In this document: positions 51,338 through 64,000 of the stretch, piece after piece
Position numbering within the stretch: position 1 is the first letter of the stretch
Layout: the number at the start of each line of letters is the position of its first letter
Source: Felis catus
Taxonomy: Eukaryota
Assembly: GCF_018350175.1 (NCBI RefSeq)
Contig: NC_058368.1
Location: forward strand, 21,268,001 to 21,332,000
Reading direction: 5' to 3'
Length of the DNA: 64,000 bases
Made by a program: the position numbers and the translations under genes
Notes under the pieces: generated by a model
Seen by the model: only the letters and a program-made list of their open reading frames with translations
What the model was told of the DNA's origin: nothing
Databases searched by the model: none

Positions 51338-51501
51338 GGGGGCACCTGGGTGGCTCAGTCGGTTTAAACTTCTGACTTTGGCTCAGGTCATGATCTCACA
51401 GTTCATGAGTTCGAGCCCTGCGTCAGGCTCTGTGCTGACATCTCAGAGCCTGGAGCCTGCTTCAGATTCTGTCTCCCACTCTCTCTGCCCCTTACCTGCT
51501 T

Positions 51502-51542
<41 letters not shown>

Positions 51543-51565
51543 AAAATAAATAAACATTAAAAAAC
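51338..51565 (+). mobile_element. Can-SINE (felid type)
   Basis: Full body with (CT)n. Confidence 0.96.
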
Positions 51566-51629
<64 letters not shown>

Positions 51630-51680
51630 GATGGAAGGAAGGAAGGAAGGAAGGAAGGAAGGAAGGAAGGAAGGAAGGAA
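51566..51680. repeat. Compound (GAAA)15...(GGAA)12 microsatellite in the SINE tail
   Basis: Read directly from the sequence. Confidence 0.95.
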
Positions 51681-52324
51681 GATTTCTGATTTCTGTTTGA
51701 AGACTGGGAGACTGCCTTTTCTGAGTTATCCTTCATACCTCCCTTCAGGGAGCACCTAATGACAGTAAGTCAGTTCCAGATCGCTCCCAGATCAGAAAGC
51801 CCTGGATTCCAAAACGGAAGCATCAAGCACAATTTAACCAGAGGAGAGACACATGAGGAAGAAGCAATTCAAAGGGTGCACAAAGTTTTCCTTCCACAGC
51901 CAGGCATATTTACAAGTGACCATGTAAACTGTGACTTAACGGTCCAGCCTGTGGCAGAAAAAGTCAGCAACTTTCACAGCTTTGAAAACTGTGCAAAAAG
52001 AGAGACAGGGAGAAGTGTGCTCTTCACACCCACACAGTCTCATACACTTGACTTGAGCGCCCCGAAAATTCCCCTAAGCATTTTTATCGTTACAAATCAC
52101 TTGTATCACTCCACAGTTTAGTCAGCCAAACCATATCCTTTTCCAGCGTTAGATAAATGGCCTTTTGACAAACTGCACACAGAGAAAATATCACGACGTC
52201 CCTAAGTTGTAACCTCTACACTGTTTTTCTACTGAGATGAGTAAGATTTTCCTATTTAGTTTTTTTAAGTACATAAGCAGCAGATATATATAACATGAGT
52301 ATCATCAACAGTGTATTTACTTAC

Positions 52325-52354
52325 TCTTTCTTACGACGGAGTTGAGTTTTGTCA
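52325..52354 (-). other. Candidate 30-nt microexon (frames TKLNSVVRK or DKTQLRRKK open)
   Basis: Strong acceptor ccacctcttttttag| and consensus donor AGA|gtaagt; length divisible by 3; two CpGs retained. Confidence 0.5.
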
Positions 52355-52852
52355 CTAAAAAAGAGGTGGTCATTTGCCCTTTCTAACTCTCATTATGTTG
52401 GATGAAGCTTTAGATGTATTGGGGGGAAAGAAAGGAATTTGGTCAAAAAGTGTAAGATGGCGTGTCACTAATACCAAATTTAGAGTAAGCACTTAAGCAA
52501 ATCCTTCAATATACCATAGAGAAGCTAAATTTTATAAACCATCTCAAAATGTTTAAGCATAATTCATTTTAACCAAAGTCAAATAAGAGATCAGTTCACC
52601 TTTCCATGCTATGACAAGGTCTATTTTGAAGAGAATACAGTAACTAATACTTCATTCATCCAGCTATTATTAAACTAGTGTTCAATGACTACTCAAGAAC
52701 ATACATAAAACCAGGATTAGACATAGGAAAATATGTACACAGTTCCCTAATGACCCTATATCCATTAAGGTTGTTAACACATCAAAAAGGTACTTATTAT
52801 ATAAATAAGTGTGTACAGTACTGTGTCAGGCTAAGGAATGTGTTGTGATATG

Positions 52853-52854
<2 letters not shown>

Positions 52855-52894
<40 letters not shown>
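52855..52894. repeat. (AC)20 microsatellite
   Basis: Read directly from the sequence. Confidence 0.97.
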
Positions 52895-52896
<2 letters not shown>

Positions 52897-53349
52897 CCCC
52901 GAAAAGACTAACAGCCACTTGCCAAAAAAAACCAGTGGTTGCTCTAAGAACAGCAACAGAAACATAACCCTGATACCTGGTACGTAATGGTGCCTGGAAC
53001 GTGGCAGGAACTCAGGATTAGCTCATGGATATTGATCGATATGTTTCAACCCTAATACAAATTTCTAAGGCAGAATTATAAAAATGGGACTTTAGGAGTA
53101 AGTCGGGGGCAACGGTGTTGGAACCTTTTTTTCACATCTCAGTTTTATTTTTTTACAAATTTCCTTCTTGAAATTAACATACTCCTTCTTGAAATTAGTG
53201 TTACACAAGCTGCTGAGTTTATTTTAACATCCTAAAGTATGAGTTTTACTTTCAGTTTTTAACCTAATGAGACGCATGTTTTGATCAATACACATTAATT
53301 CACACAACCCTCTACAAAGCCAAGTGCTTTCAAAATGATTGTACTCCTA

Positions 53350-53570
53350 TATTTGTAAAGTGCCTTAGAGTTGTCAATCACTTTAATGCCCTTTATCTCA
53401 TTTAATACAAACAACAAACATGGAGTGAAGAAAACAACTTCACTGTCCCCACTTCACAAGTGGGAAATGAGCTCAGAGGAGTCAAGGTGTGCTGGCCAAT
53501 GTCACAGCTCTAATGGCTGATGACACCAGAACTGGAATCTAGGCCTTCTGGGTTTTCCTCCAACATGCCA
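53350..53570 (-). mobile_element. MIR SINE
   Basis: atctcatttaat...gagctcagagg...gtcacagct. Confidence 0.65.
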
Positions 53571-54301
53571 CCCACACATAGCACAGCAAAAGTACAACTG
53601 TAAAATTAACCACATAGAAACTATTCCTACTATCTTTATTCATTCAGCAGGTACCTATTCACCACCCATACATGCTAGGCACCGAGCTACAAAGATAGGC
53701 AAAAGCTCAACAACTCTGTGTGCTTTCACAACAGTTTTGTCTGACTCTTTTGTTTCTTCTTCTCCCCATTTCCAGAAGTAGCCTAGGCTTTCCTCCTTAA
53801 CTTATCCAAAACAAACATGGCAATGGCTTAAAGTCGTAGCATGCAATTGCTGGTTCTGTGATGAAGGCATCTCCAAGTCCGTCTGGGGGGAAAGTTTCTG
53901 AGACCTTTCTTGATTCCCCAATTCACTGAATACCACGGGGTGAAGCAGAGACTCTGTTCTGCTTAGATGATTCCGTGATACAGGAGGATGATATATTGAA
54001 CATCCCACTGGTTCTTCCCCAGGATCTATATGACTAAATTACACAGGTGACTTGGTAACCTCCTCCCGGTGCCTATCCACCTCTCTGGGTGCATGCGATT
54101 CACTGAATTCCCCACTCACTCACCTAGGTCTGAACATCTAACCAGGACTGTTTATGAAGGTGCTGTCCCGAGACCTAAGGATATCAAATTTTTGTACCCA
54201 AAATTTCTCCTTCCTGAAATATTATCATTCAAATTTTACTCTTTTTTTAATTAAAGATTATTCTCTTCATTCAGTTTGTTTTAAAAATATAAACGCTCTT
54301 A

Positions 54302-54470
54302 GGGGAGCCTGGGTGGCTCAGTCGGTTAAGTGCCCGACATGATTGGGCTCTACATTGACGGTGCCGAGCCTCCGTGGGATTCTCTCCCTTCCTTTCTCTC
54401 TGCCCCTCCACCTCTCAAAATAAATAAACATTAAAAAAATAAATAAATAAAAATTAAAAATAAAAATAAA
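54302..54470 (+). mobile_element. Can-SINE with internal deletion
   Basis: Head joined directly to gggctct...; TSD-like taaa(c/t)gctctt. Confidence 0.9.
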
Positions 54471-55149
54471 CATGTAAATGCTCTTGGAAAAACTACTTTG
54501 GGAAGTTTCTTTTGACTTAAAGTGAATTTGATTACTATGAGTTTCCTAAGAGAAGGCAGGAGGAACCAGGCACCCACACTTAAACAGGGTCCTGAGAGAG
54601 AGGAGTCAAGTAGGATATCTGGAGGCCGAGAGTGGAACAGCAGGGGAAGGACCGCCTCAGATAAAGCGCTCTAGTAAATTATGAAGTAAAGGGATATTAC
54701 TGGCTCTGAAGACAGAATATCCATTGGGTAATTTTTTTGGCCTTTGGTCTTGTTTTTTTTAATAAAAATTCATTTTTAATGTAAAAATGAAATTCTAGTT
54801 CTATGGAAAAAATGAATGAATTATTTTGAGTACAAAAATTTCCAGCTATCTCTAGGAATTTTTAGCCTAGTATATTAGCAAATCATCAAAAAAAACTGTC
54901 ATCCCCAAAAACCTCCCCAAACACCTCCTCATAAATAGTCAGTTTTTCTACAAATCCACACTTTAGTCTGAGACCTTGGGAACCTCTCTGACCCACCCTT
55001 TGTCTTCTTCCCTTTTGTAATCTATCACTGAACACTGACCTTTCTCCCTTCAAACCGTACAATGTGTCTTATTCTCTGTGACACCATTCCTTTCCATTGC
55101 ACCCCTGGATTACAGCAGTGTCCTCAGGATCAGATTACCAGTCTTCGGT

Positions 55150-55270
55150 CCAGGGATTCTCCATTCTGGTTAAAAAAATTTCTGGGGAAATTTTTTAGGT
55201 ACAGATACCTGAGGTTCACCCACAAAGATTCTAATTTAATTGATCTGTGGTGCAGACTTGGCATTAGAGT
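55150..55270. mobile_element. MER5-like hAT-Charlie fragment
   Basis: acagatacctgaggttcacccacaaagattctaatttaattgatctgtggtg. Confidence 0.55.
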
Positions 55271-55271
55271 T

Positions 55272-55278
55272 TGTTGTT

Positions 55279-55312
<34 letters not shown>

Positions 55313-55790
55313 TAACTGTGGTAAAATACAGCATAAAGTTTACCATCTTAGCTATTTCTGTGTATACAGTTCAGTGATAAGTAAATTTACATTGTATACA
55401 ACCAATCTATAAAATTCTTTTCATCTTGCAAAACTGAAATTCTCTACCCATTAAACAATAACACCCCATTCTCCCCTCCTACAGCCCCTGGCAACCACTA
55501 TTCTACTTTCTGTCTCCATGATTTTGACTATTTTATGTGCCTCGTATAAGAGGAATCATACAGTTCTTGTCTGTTTGTTACTGGCTTATTTCACTCGGCA
55601 TCGTGTCCTCAAGGTTCATCTGTGTTGTAGGCCGGATAATATTCCCTTATAAGTATATATCACATTTTGCTTATCCATTCATCTACCTATGGACACTTGG
55701 GTGGCTTCTGTCTCTTGGCTACTGTGAATAATGCCGCCATGAACACGGATGTGCAAAAATCTCTCTGAGGCTCTGCTTTCAGTTCTTGTT
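55272..55790 (-). mobile_element. LINE-1 3' end (L1MA/MB-like) whose tail has become (TTG)n at 55272-55310
   Basis: tgtggtaaaatac...aaatttaccat, cagcccctggcaaccactattctactttctgtctc. Confidence 0.9.
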
Positions 55791-57619
55791 TTTAACCTTT
55801 TAAATGCCCATAAGAGGTGGTGATAATTTACTCTGCTGTCAACAAAAAATGAACCATGTATGACTTGGACGCTCCAAGCATCCAAGCATTCCCTTCCCAA
55901 GTCTTCTGTTATCACCGTTTCTTAAATGTGGACAGTGTGCAGACCTCCCTCTGCCCCGATTACCTTGAGGCTGGGCTTGAGCTAAGACATCTATGTGCCT
56001 TCACCAGCATGGAAAACAAGAAGAAGATGGGAATAGACCAGAAAGGTTAGCAGGCACAACTCTGGCACTCTGAGTTGGAGGGGTGATTCCTACATCAATG
56101 ATTTAAGGGCTTCAGAGTCTGTGACCACAGAAGAGATTATTATGCCCACTCTCCAACTGTAATTAACATTGTAAACAATTTTAGGGCTTAGACTGTAAAC
56201 TAAGAGTGGTCAGATCCCACCAAGTTTTGGGTTTCCCTACCATATATATCAACCTCAATTGTTTTATACACACACATACACTTATATGTATGTGTATCAA
56301 CTACTGTATGTATACATCACATATTAAAACTTTTTAAGACCTTGTTTTCTTATCTGAGGGCCTCCTTCTTGCCAGCGCTTGCAGTCATGTTGACTCTGTG
56401 GTCTGGATTGCTCGGCACTATGCATCCCTCTGGTGAGGACTAGAACTGGAATCTACTGGTTCAGGTTCCATACCCAATTCAAGAAAGCCTGAGTGACACT
56501 TCCTGGTCCCCTACATACTTGGCAGGGTCTGAGAGCAGAACATTATGACGTGGCCCTAATGCTTTATATTGTGCACAGCACTCTCCCAGACATTACACCA
56601 CTAGACCCCGAAGTGAGGAGGCACTGTGCTTGCACACATTTACAGACAAGGAATCAAAACCCAGTCCAAAGTCACATAGCAAATTAGTGTCTCAGACTGC
56701 TGTCCTGCCTCAGACAACTGTTCTTGCCCACTGTACTCCTGCCATAGATCCTCCCTGCTCCTGCTCTCTCATCTGCCTTTGAAGTAGCAGGAGCCAATCT
56801 TCCCAGCCTTCAGCCACCTTCACTCCTGGTAATCTAAGCCCTATAGGAAATAGGAGGCCCAAGCCCTCTTCTCAGGACTCTTGTAATCCAGAGGAGACGA
56901 AAGGATGCACATAATGAAAAGAGACAGGAACACAAATTGTTTTAAATCTATAACCATATACAAAACCAGTTGCAGCTGGTACACGGGGGGGGGGGGGGGC
57001 ACTGCTGGAGGAGGGGTGGAATTGGTCAGGAAGCTGTGGGCTTTGAGCAGAAAGGGGTGGAGGAGCATGGCTCAGAGAAAGGCATGGTGCACTCTCTTCC
57101 AGCAAGAAAAAAAGGCTGTCATGTAGAAAAGTTCCAGAGCTTAAGAAATAAAACATGGACAAAAGAGGTTTGAGGGTCCAGAAGGGGCCATCTTGCCAGG
57201 ATACATGCTAGTAGCCTAGGCAAATTCAGGCAACTGGCAAATGTCACAAATCCATGACCAGAGTTTTAGGTTTTTTGGGGGAGGTGACCAGAAGCCATGG
57301 AGAAAGCAATTCTCTCTTGGAGGTATACTGGGCCTCAGTTCCCCTATGAACCCTAAGAACCAGCCTATCCCCGCCTCAGTTTTTCCTAGGGCAGCCTGTG
57401 GTGAGGCCATAATTTGAATGATAGAAAAGGTCTGAATAGCACCAGGACAACCTTACATAAAAGAGAATTTTCTTAATCAATCCAATCATCCAAATAGAAG
57501 AAGAAAGACAATCACCTCAAAGGCATCTTTCCCTACCTTCAATTCTCCACTAATGTTCTGAAAGAACAGGTTAAGTTCTCCAAAAGAACCATGAACTTCC
57601 CCTTCATAGAATTCCTCCC

Positions 57620-58190
57620 GTTTGTGGTTATTTGCTTTCTGCATGTCTTGTTACATACAGGACGTTAAGTTCTTCCAGGGTAAGAATCACAACTGTCTTA
57701 ATCTTGGTCAAATCCCCTGTAGTTTCCACCAGCCTGACCATCTTAAGTGCTCAATAAATATTTATCAATTGATTTCCTCACTTGCTATGGAAACTTGAGC
57801 AAGTTATATCCCTCTTTGAGCCTCGGTTTCTTTATTTATCAGTTCAGAGTTATGAATTATCTCTAGAGTCAAAAAAATTTAACCATGTTTGTGGTTAGCA
57901 TTTCCCAAAAGGAAATGGGCTGAGATGAGGCACGCCCTAGACAGGGCAGAGACAGAGGCCCTACCCCAACCCCCATTGTGTATCCCTGGTCCCCAACACC
58001 AATCCAAGGAGAAATCTGAGGTAGAAATGGAAGACAGGCAGAGAACTCTATTGGGGATTAGGAGATGTGGTTCTAGCCCTACTTTGGTTAGTCCCATCTG
58101 TGACCGGGACAAAGTCACTGTGGGCCTCATATTTCTTAATCCATAAAATGACTGGGTGAGCACCAAGGAAATTTCCCTCCAGATCTAAGA
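57620..58190 (+). mobile_element. L2 3' end followed by MIR fragments
   Basis: aagtgctcaataaatattt; ttgagcaagtta...gagcctcggtttc; tgggcctcatatttcttaatccataaaatg. Confidence 0.65.
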
Positions 58191-59135
58191 TCTACCTCCC
58201 CCCCCTTCAGAGCCAAAAGTTGCTCAAAGCTGTGCTTGGCCATAAAAGAGACTTGAGCCCATTATTATTGCTAATATTCCCATAGTCTCCTGAGCTCCAG
58301 ATCTGCATATTTTCTTAGGAATATTGATGGGAGACTGAATCAAACAGAAGGCAAGAGACTCAGTTTCCTCTAACCTAAGCCATAGTAAATACCAGGGAAA
58401 AAAAAAACTGTAAGGGCTATGAGTAGGGAAAATTTAGAGCATCAATATAATCCCTCCCCAAGCTGGAATAACTGCACTTTTCAGTTTTTGCATCTGTGTT
58501 GTCACTGGGGAATTATCTGGCTGTGTCTGTGTTTTAACATCTGTCAGCTAAATCAGAGACTCAACTGCAAAAATTGTAGGGCTCAGAAGCACCATGTGGT
58601 TTTTGACACTCCCGGGATGACACAGGGTCAAGAAAGCAATAAATGAATTGCCATGAGACCCAATATAACATTTTCATCAGTAACACGGCCCTTGTTCCAA
58701 AAAGCTTTTGCTCCAAAAAGAAAGAACATGTACCCATTTTCTACAGAACCATATTTGGAAATTTCAAAGGAGCAGACCATAACAACTGGAAGTATCTGAG
58801 ATGAACAAACAGCTATTTAAAGAGTGTCATGTCTGTAAACATAACAGAATTAATATTGCCCATCAGAATCTACTCCAGGTATGAGTAAGTGTCACCTTGA
58901 AACAAGACATACATGCTTTGATTCCTGCCACACAGCATTGCAGGGACCCTAGCCATATGGCCATACACTTGTGCGGAAATGCTTCCTAGGGTCCTACTGA
59001 TTTAACCAAAGGTTACTCTTTAAGCTTCCTCTGTTTTGCAAATAAAGAAAGGAAGCTAGGAGGTAGTGGAGTGACACATCGGCTCAGACAGACTGATTGA
59101 CATTAACACCCAGATTAAAAATCACAGGATTCTCA

Positions 59136-59227
59136 GGGCACCTGACTGGCTTTGTTGGTAGAACATGTGACTCTTGATCAAAGGGTCATGAGTTCAAGCC
59201 CCACATTGGATGTGGAGCCTATGTTTA
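59136..59227 (+). mobile_element. Short, old carnivore SINE (tRNA-like head only, no CT body)
   Basis: gggcacctgactggct..gttggtagaacatgtgactcttgatc..gggtcatgagttcaagccccacattgg; 19-bp TSD AAAAATCACAG(G/A)ATTCTCA. Confidence 0.9.
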
Positions 59228-59709
59228 AAAAATCACAGAATTCTCAAGATTTCATATAAAAATTGAGTCACCAAATAACTCTCCTCTGCACAAAGAGAAA
59301 GTGTGGTATCAATGTTTCAAAATGCCCGGTGGCCCATCAACAAATTTGCATAGCGAGTCTTCAATTGGGGCAAATGGTAGCATTTTCTTCTCTAAAGGGG
59401 CAAATTAATACTACTTACTAATTCTAAGCAGGATCTCTTGACTACAAATGTGATGATAGCAAAAGCCCTGTAGAAAGAATATGGTCAATTTCTATAGTAC
59501 ATTTCCCTTAGGCTTCCATTTCAAAGGCTAATGTTCACTTAAATAAAGTTTCTGGGCCCCTTGGCTTTTCACAAGTTTTGAACTCTACACCCAATAGCCA
59601 CATTTGGCAGAAGTCCTCACTTAAACACTTTCTCCGAACTAACCAGAAACATGAATGTTTTCTTGCTCTTCCCTGTTTGGATAGCAACTAAAGCTCATTT
59701 GATAGATAA

Positions 59710-60062
59710 TTGTCACTATTTAGTCCTTACTATAATGCACCCAGTGTTGTAAGCTCTGGGTATGTATTACTTCGTTTATTCCTCAAAACAACCTCATGAG
59801 TAAGTACAATTTAGTCATCCCACTTTACAGATATGGAAACCAGGGGCACAGAGAGATTAGCTTGTTCCAGATTAAGTAACTCAACAAGCCAATAACTGAT
59901 GGGGTCAGGATTTGAACTCAGACTTTTCTGCACGAGTAAGTAAGCTCCACGAGAACAGAGATTTTGGATTTTGTTTTATTTTATTCACTGCTATATTCTC
60001 AGCTATCTACATTGTACCTGGAATACAGCATGTGCTCAATAAGTATTTATTGAATGAATACA
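59710..60062. mobile_element. MIR (minus) abutting an L2 3' end (plus)
   Basis: cccactttacagatatggaaac...ggatttgaactcag; gtaagctccacgagaacagag...gtgctcaataagtatttattgaatgaat. Confidence 0.85.
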
Positions 60063-62577
60063 CTGTACATCCTCCTCAAACCAAGAGAATGACCCAGCAT
60101 TCCAAGCATCAACTTCAACCAAGAGTAAGTTGCTTAGAGGAGCATTCTGGGACAGAATTCTTCATGCAACTCCTGGGCTTTGTGTAAAGAACGCAAAAGC
60201 CCATTGTGTCCGCCTGAGAAGAGCTGGAAGAAATCCTTTTGACCTATTTCCTCCAAGCTGCTCTCTGAGCTCCCCCTTCTCCCAGGCCACCCTGATTAGG
60301 TCACTGCTGAAACTGGGTCGCTGTTTAAATACCACAGTCAGCTTATAATGCTTTAATCATTAAAGTTTACTCTGTCATCTGCACGTTAAAGAGAGAAACT
60401 ACCACTCCAAATCACAACACCCCAAATCTCCTTTAGATCTGTCTTCAGAATCATGTGAAGACACAGACTTAGAGTTTTCCTTTAGTTTATCACAAAGTAA
60501 CTCTTCCAGAACTGAACTGAACCACATGAGTCCTCTCTCCTCCACTCCCTCCCTTCATCAGAGGGCCACCTAGCTCCTGTCCTCTGCCATTCTCCCAGGC
60601 TCCTTCCTAAATTAAAATTTTGGATTACCCAGACTCCAATGCCTATTTAAAATAAAACCTAAATTACTACCTTATGTTTGGGCAAGTCAACACTCTGTCT
60701 GGCATCTCTCATTTCTGTGTGAGATTTGAACAAACCCACCCGACACAAGTGGAAAATTGGTCTTGCATCACATACTCTGTTGGGATCACCACATTTGGAA
60801 TTCCAGTTTTATTCTCCCACAGAGTCAAATTTAGCCCAACCCTAGAGAACAGCTCTGTGCACTCTGACATTCAAAATAATATTTGCTAAAAAGCGTGGGG
60901 GTTTGCAGGCAACTTGAGCTGCAGCAAGAGGCATGTTATTACTGACTCAACTCCTACATGGGTTCCATCTTAGTCATCAGGCACATGGTCACGGGCCTTG
61001 GCTTGGTTTCACAACCTCCCTCTTTTTTTTCAGTTCAACCTCAGAGGGCTCAGGTAGGTGTCGTGCAGTTGTTGTTTTGTTTTGTGAAAGCCAAAGAGTA
61101 AGTCATCACGGTTATAGTATTTTCTTTTATAGCAGTCTCACCAAAGGTGAGACAAAACTCATACACAGGCAAGTACGCCTCGGATAAATGGAAGTAATGA
61201 TACTACTGCCTCCAAAGAAGAAGGGACTGAACAAGAAAGTAGCAATCTTTAAAATTCTCTCTGGTTTAAAACCAAATTTCATAGCTGAATTCCATTCCCT
61301 GTTGGAACTGTCTCTCCTGCTGCCAATTTTAACTGTTCACCAGCCACACAGGCAGAGGTCACTGATAAAGGATAATTTCTCTTTTGTAGTAAAGATTGAA
61401 TCTCGTTCAAGTTACCTTGAGGAGAAATGAGATTTATTTTAAAAAATAAATGGACTAGACCTGACTCAGAAACGATCAGGATCCTAGGTAGTTACTGTCC
61501 TCCTTCTCTTTTTAATCACATCTTTCTCTCCACATTAGTTTCATTCTTTTCTCTTTGCCAGCTGGCTTCCTTGTCTCTTCAGCTTGCACCAGATCAAAAC
61601 GGCTGCCTTCTAAGTCTATTACACGACATTTTTAGCTAGCTGGTCTTGGCTTCAGTCTCCTATTTGCTGATTCTCAAGGGCCCATAACATCTTTGTGGGC
61701 CACCGTGCACAGGTCCTGGAAACTGGTCATTCTAAACTGGAGACTAACTGGTTATCTAGGCTGGAGATATCCCTGAATGTGAAGTGAAGAGCCCACCAAG
61801 GTCCAGACAGACAGGGTGAGATTGTGTAGCATAAAACATAATTATTAAGGGACTGTGGGTGGCCAAGCAATGTCTGGTATCTCCAGTACAAATGTTTTTA
61901 AATTTTTGTTCTCAGCGAGGGCAAATTTGCTGACAGACATCATTTAAAATTAAGGCTTCATATATTTAATACTACTACAATCTTAATTAATCCTTCCTCA
62001 TTCTTAAAATTCAACTAGACAAATTGAACAAAAACTTTAAAGGGTAAATATGATCATAATCTGAAAAGCTCCAGGAGTCTTTGATCCAGGTGGAATACTG
62101 TATGAACTCCTGACTCTTTCAGAAAGCTATTTGTCAGTGAACATCGTTACGTCCCCTCCAAATTATCCCAATTCCAACAAGAACCTAAAACATGGAGGAT
62201 GCACACAATTCGAAGCAAAAGCAATAAACACTGGCTAATGTCTCTCACCACCTCTGTTTTTTACAAACTGCACCTACCTCCTGCAGCTCGTGAATGTTCA
62301 GAAAATAATAAGACCGTCCACTGGCGATTCTATCACGGTTTTTGCATGCCAATTCTTGATCCCCTCCCCCCAGTTTTCTTTCTGATATTAAGAATAATGT
62401 TTACAATGTGGTAACAACCCATTCCCAGTGTGAGCGTGGCCAACAATCATAAAAGCAAACACCTAGGGCCATCTCTGGTGAATGTGCTTTACAGTACTGG
62501 TCCCGTGGGATAAAGTAGCCCAGTGCTCGGTGAGGGAATTGTAGTGTAAGTATCCATTGACCTGCAGCTGAACTTAC

Positions 62578-62683
62578 CACTTGCTGTTTTTCTCTTATAA
62601 TCTAAATCTGGAAATGTGCTGTCTGGTCAGCAGCGCACTACCAAGTCATTCAGCAAAATGCTCCAGATGCCATAAAAGTGTGC
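62578..62683 (-). other. Candidate exon: 106 nt with stops in all frames (non-coding), or 30 nt (62578-62607, LDYKRKTAS) from an internal acceptor
   Basis: Donor GTG|gtaagtt; acceptors ttcattttctaacacacag| and cacatttccag|; lies in a long repeat-poor block. Confidence 0.4.
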
Positions 62684-63339
62684 CTGTGTGTTAGAAAATG
62701 AACTTGTAAAATATAGTCTAAGGATTGTGTGAAGGCCGTATTTCAGACAGCCAAAATGCTTCTGCTGAGACACCTTTGTAATGCAGCCAGGCAGCAGCTG
62801 TGTGTATTGTAGACGCTGTGGGTGTGAGTCTGTCTACAGAGTCACCGCTGACCCTGCCCTGGCGGCCTTGTCACTGAACACCCTCATTGGGACAACGTCC
62901 TGAATCCATCTCACTGGGCACTGATAACAGAGCCAGGCCTGCCCCAGAGAGTTCCTTTCAAATCAACACTCTCTTTAGCCTAACTTCGTAAGGCACGTCA
63001 CTACTCTCCAACCGCTGGCAATGTGGAAAACAGTCACAAATCTTATGTGACAAATCTTATATAATTTAATAAAGAGCAAGCCAGATGTTTAGGGGGAAAA
63101 AATAATAGCGATTTTGCAGGGAATACTGTGCTTTAAAAAAAAAATACCAGTCATTTTATAATGATATCTGTCCTTTTGTTTTTCAGATCAGAGCCTTGGT
63201 TTTAATTTATCCTTGGGTTCCTTGGTACAGTTGTGGTTTTGTCGTTTGCTTTTTAACAAGTACTTTGTGTTGATATTTTTTTCTTAGTAAAGCTATCTGT
63301 GTATTTATGTTATTTGTATTTATGTTATCATGCCATAAA

Positions 63340-63995
63340 CTCTTTTGTTGATTCCACCTTCTAATTTTCTATCAACTCGGTTGACTTCTGTTCACCACAC
63401 TCACCCTACCTAAGCCCCCATCACTTTTGCCTTCAGTATTACTCTCCTGACTGGCCTCCCTACTCCACTACTGCTCCCCCAACCCATTCCAGACACTGCA
63501 CTCAGAGTACTGGTTTCATAATACAAATCTGACCAAAACACCTCAGGCTTAAAAGCTTTCAAGGACTTCCTAATGACCCCTTCCTACCTCTCCAGCATAA
63601 TCTCATATCCATACTCCCCCACCCATCCCCATGGCATCATGTGCTCCCATATCTCACAGCTACAGGGGTCTTCTTCCAGTTCCTCCCAAACCCTTCAGAC
63701 ACTTCCCAATGCCACTCCTTCTGCCACAAATGCCCATCCCACCTCTTCACCTGAAGTCCTCCTACTGGTCCTTCTTCTCAGCTTAAAGTGCACTCCTTCC
63801 AGAACCCTCTCCAGTTGCCAACCCACATGAGATCCTCTCAAAGCACCCTGCTCTTCAGCATGCTTATCATCACAATGATACTTAATTATGCGTGCAATTA
63901 GTTGCTGAATTCCTGGTTTTGTGCTGTGTTCGCCTTGGTCTTTCCCAGATGCCTGATCCAATAAGCATCTCAGCAATACCTGCCACAAGTGGCAG
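63340..63995 (+). mobile_element. L2 fragment
   Basis: ctcctgactggcctccct...cttaaaagctttcaaggacttcc; pyrimidine-rich L2 3' region. Confidence 0.7.
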
Positions 63996-64000
63996 GTTGA

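Noticed and set aside
56985..57020. G15 run and G-rich flank as a functional G-quadruplex
   Set aside because: Isolated homopolymer next to an L2 relic; no evidence of function and the length may be assembly-dependent.
59136..59227. tRNA gene
   Set aside because: tRNA-like A/B boxes are present but degenerate, followed by an A-rich end and flanked by a 19-bp TSD: a retroposed SINE.
11666..62683. Assigning a gene symbol to the minus-strand exon series
   Set aside because: None of the peptides match a protein I can recall with confidence; a database search is required.
1..64000. Prokaryote-style systems (CRISPR arrays, operons, defence islands) and the supplied ORFs as genes
   Set aside because: The DNA is mammalian. 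No regularly spaced repeat-spacer array exists. The ORFs are short, often start at GTG/TTG, and mostly overlap SINEs, L1s or microsatellites.

Overview
Mammalian (carnivoran, most likely felid) genomic DNA, not prokaryotic. It is AT-rich and dense in tRNA-derived Can-SINEs of felid type. It holds two large, internally deleted LINE-1 copies (about 30.1-34.5 kb and 35.8-42.2 kb) and many ancient L2, MIR, L3/CR1, MaLR-LTR and DNA-transposon relics, plus microsatellites. No rRNA, true tRNA gene, CRISPR array or intact long gene ORF is present. Nearly all ORFs in the supplied track are spurious or derive from repeats. Reading splice signals by eye gives a series of short candidate exons on the minus strand (62.6k, 52.3k, 44.2k, 29.4k, 26.6k, 21.2k, 14.0k, 11.7k). 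This suggests the window lies inside the 5' part of one large minus-strand gene that I cannot name. The best-supported coding start is ATG 13912, giving MTCA|DDFTVRASVNTLYLPYLHCLRRDFFRSER. The upstream exons join in phase with this frame apart from one TAA, which points to either an in-frame uORF/5'UTR or decayed coding exons. I see no convincing new biological system; the findings are modest, testable hypotheses.
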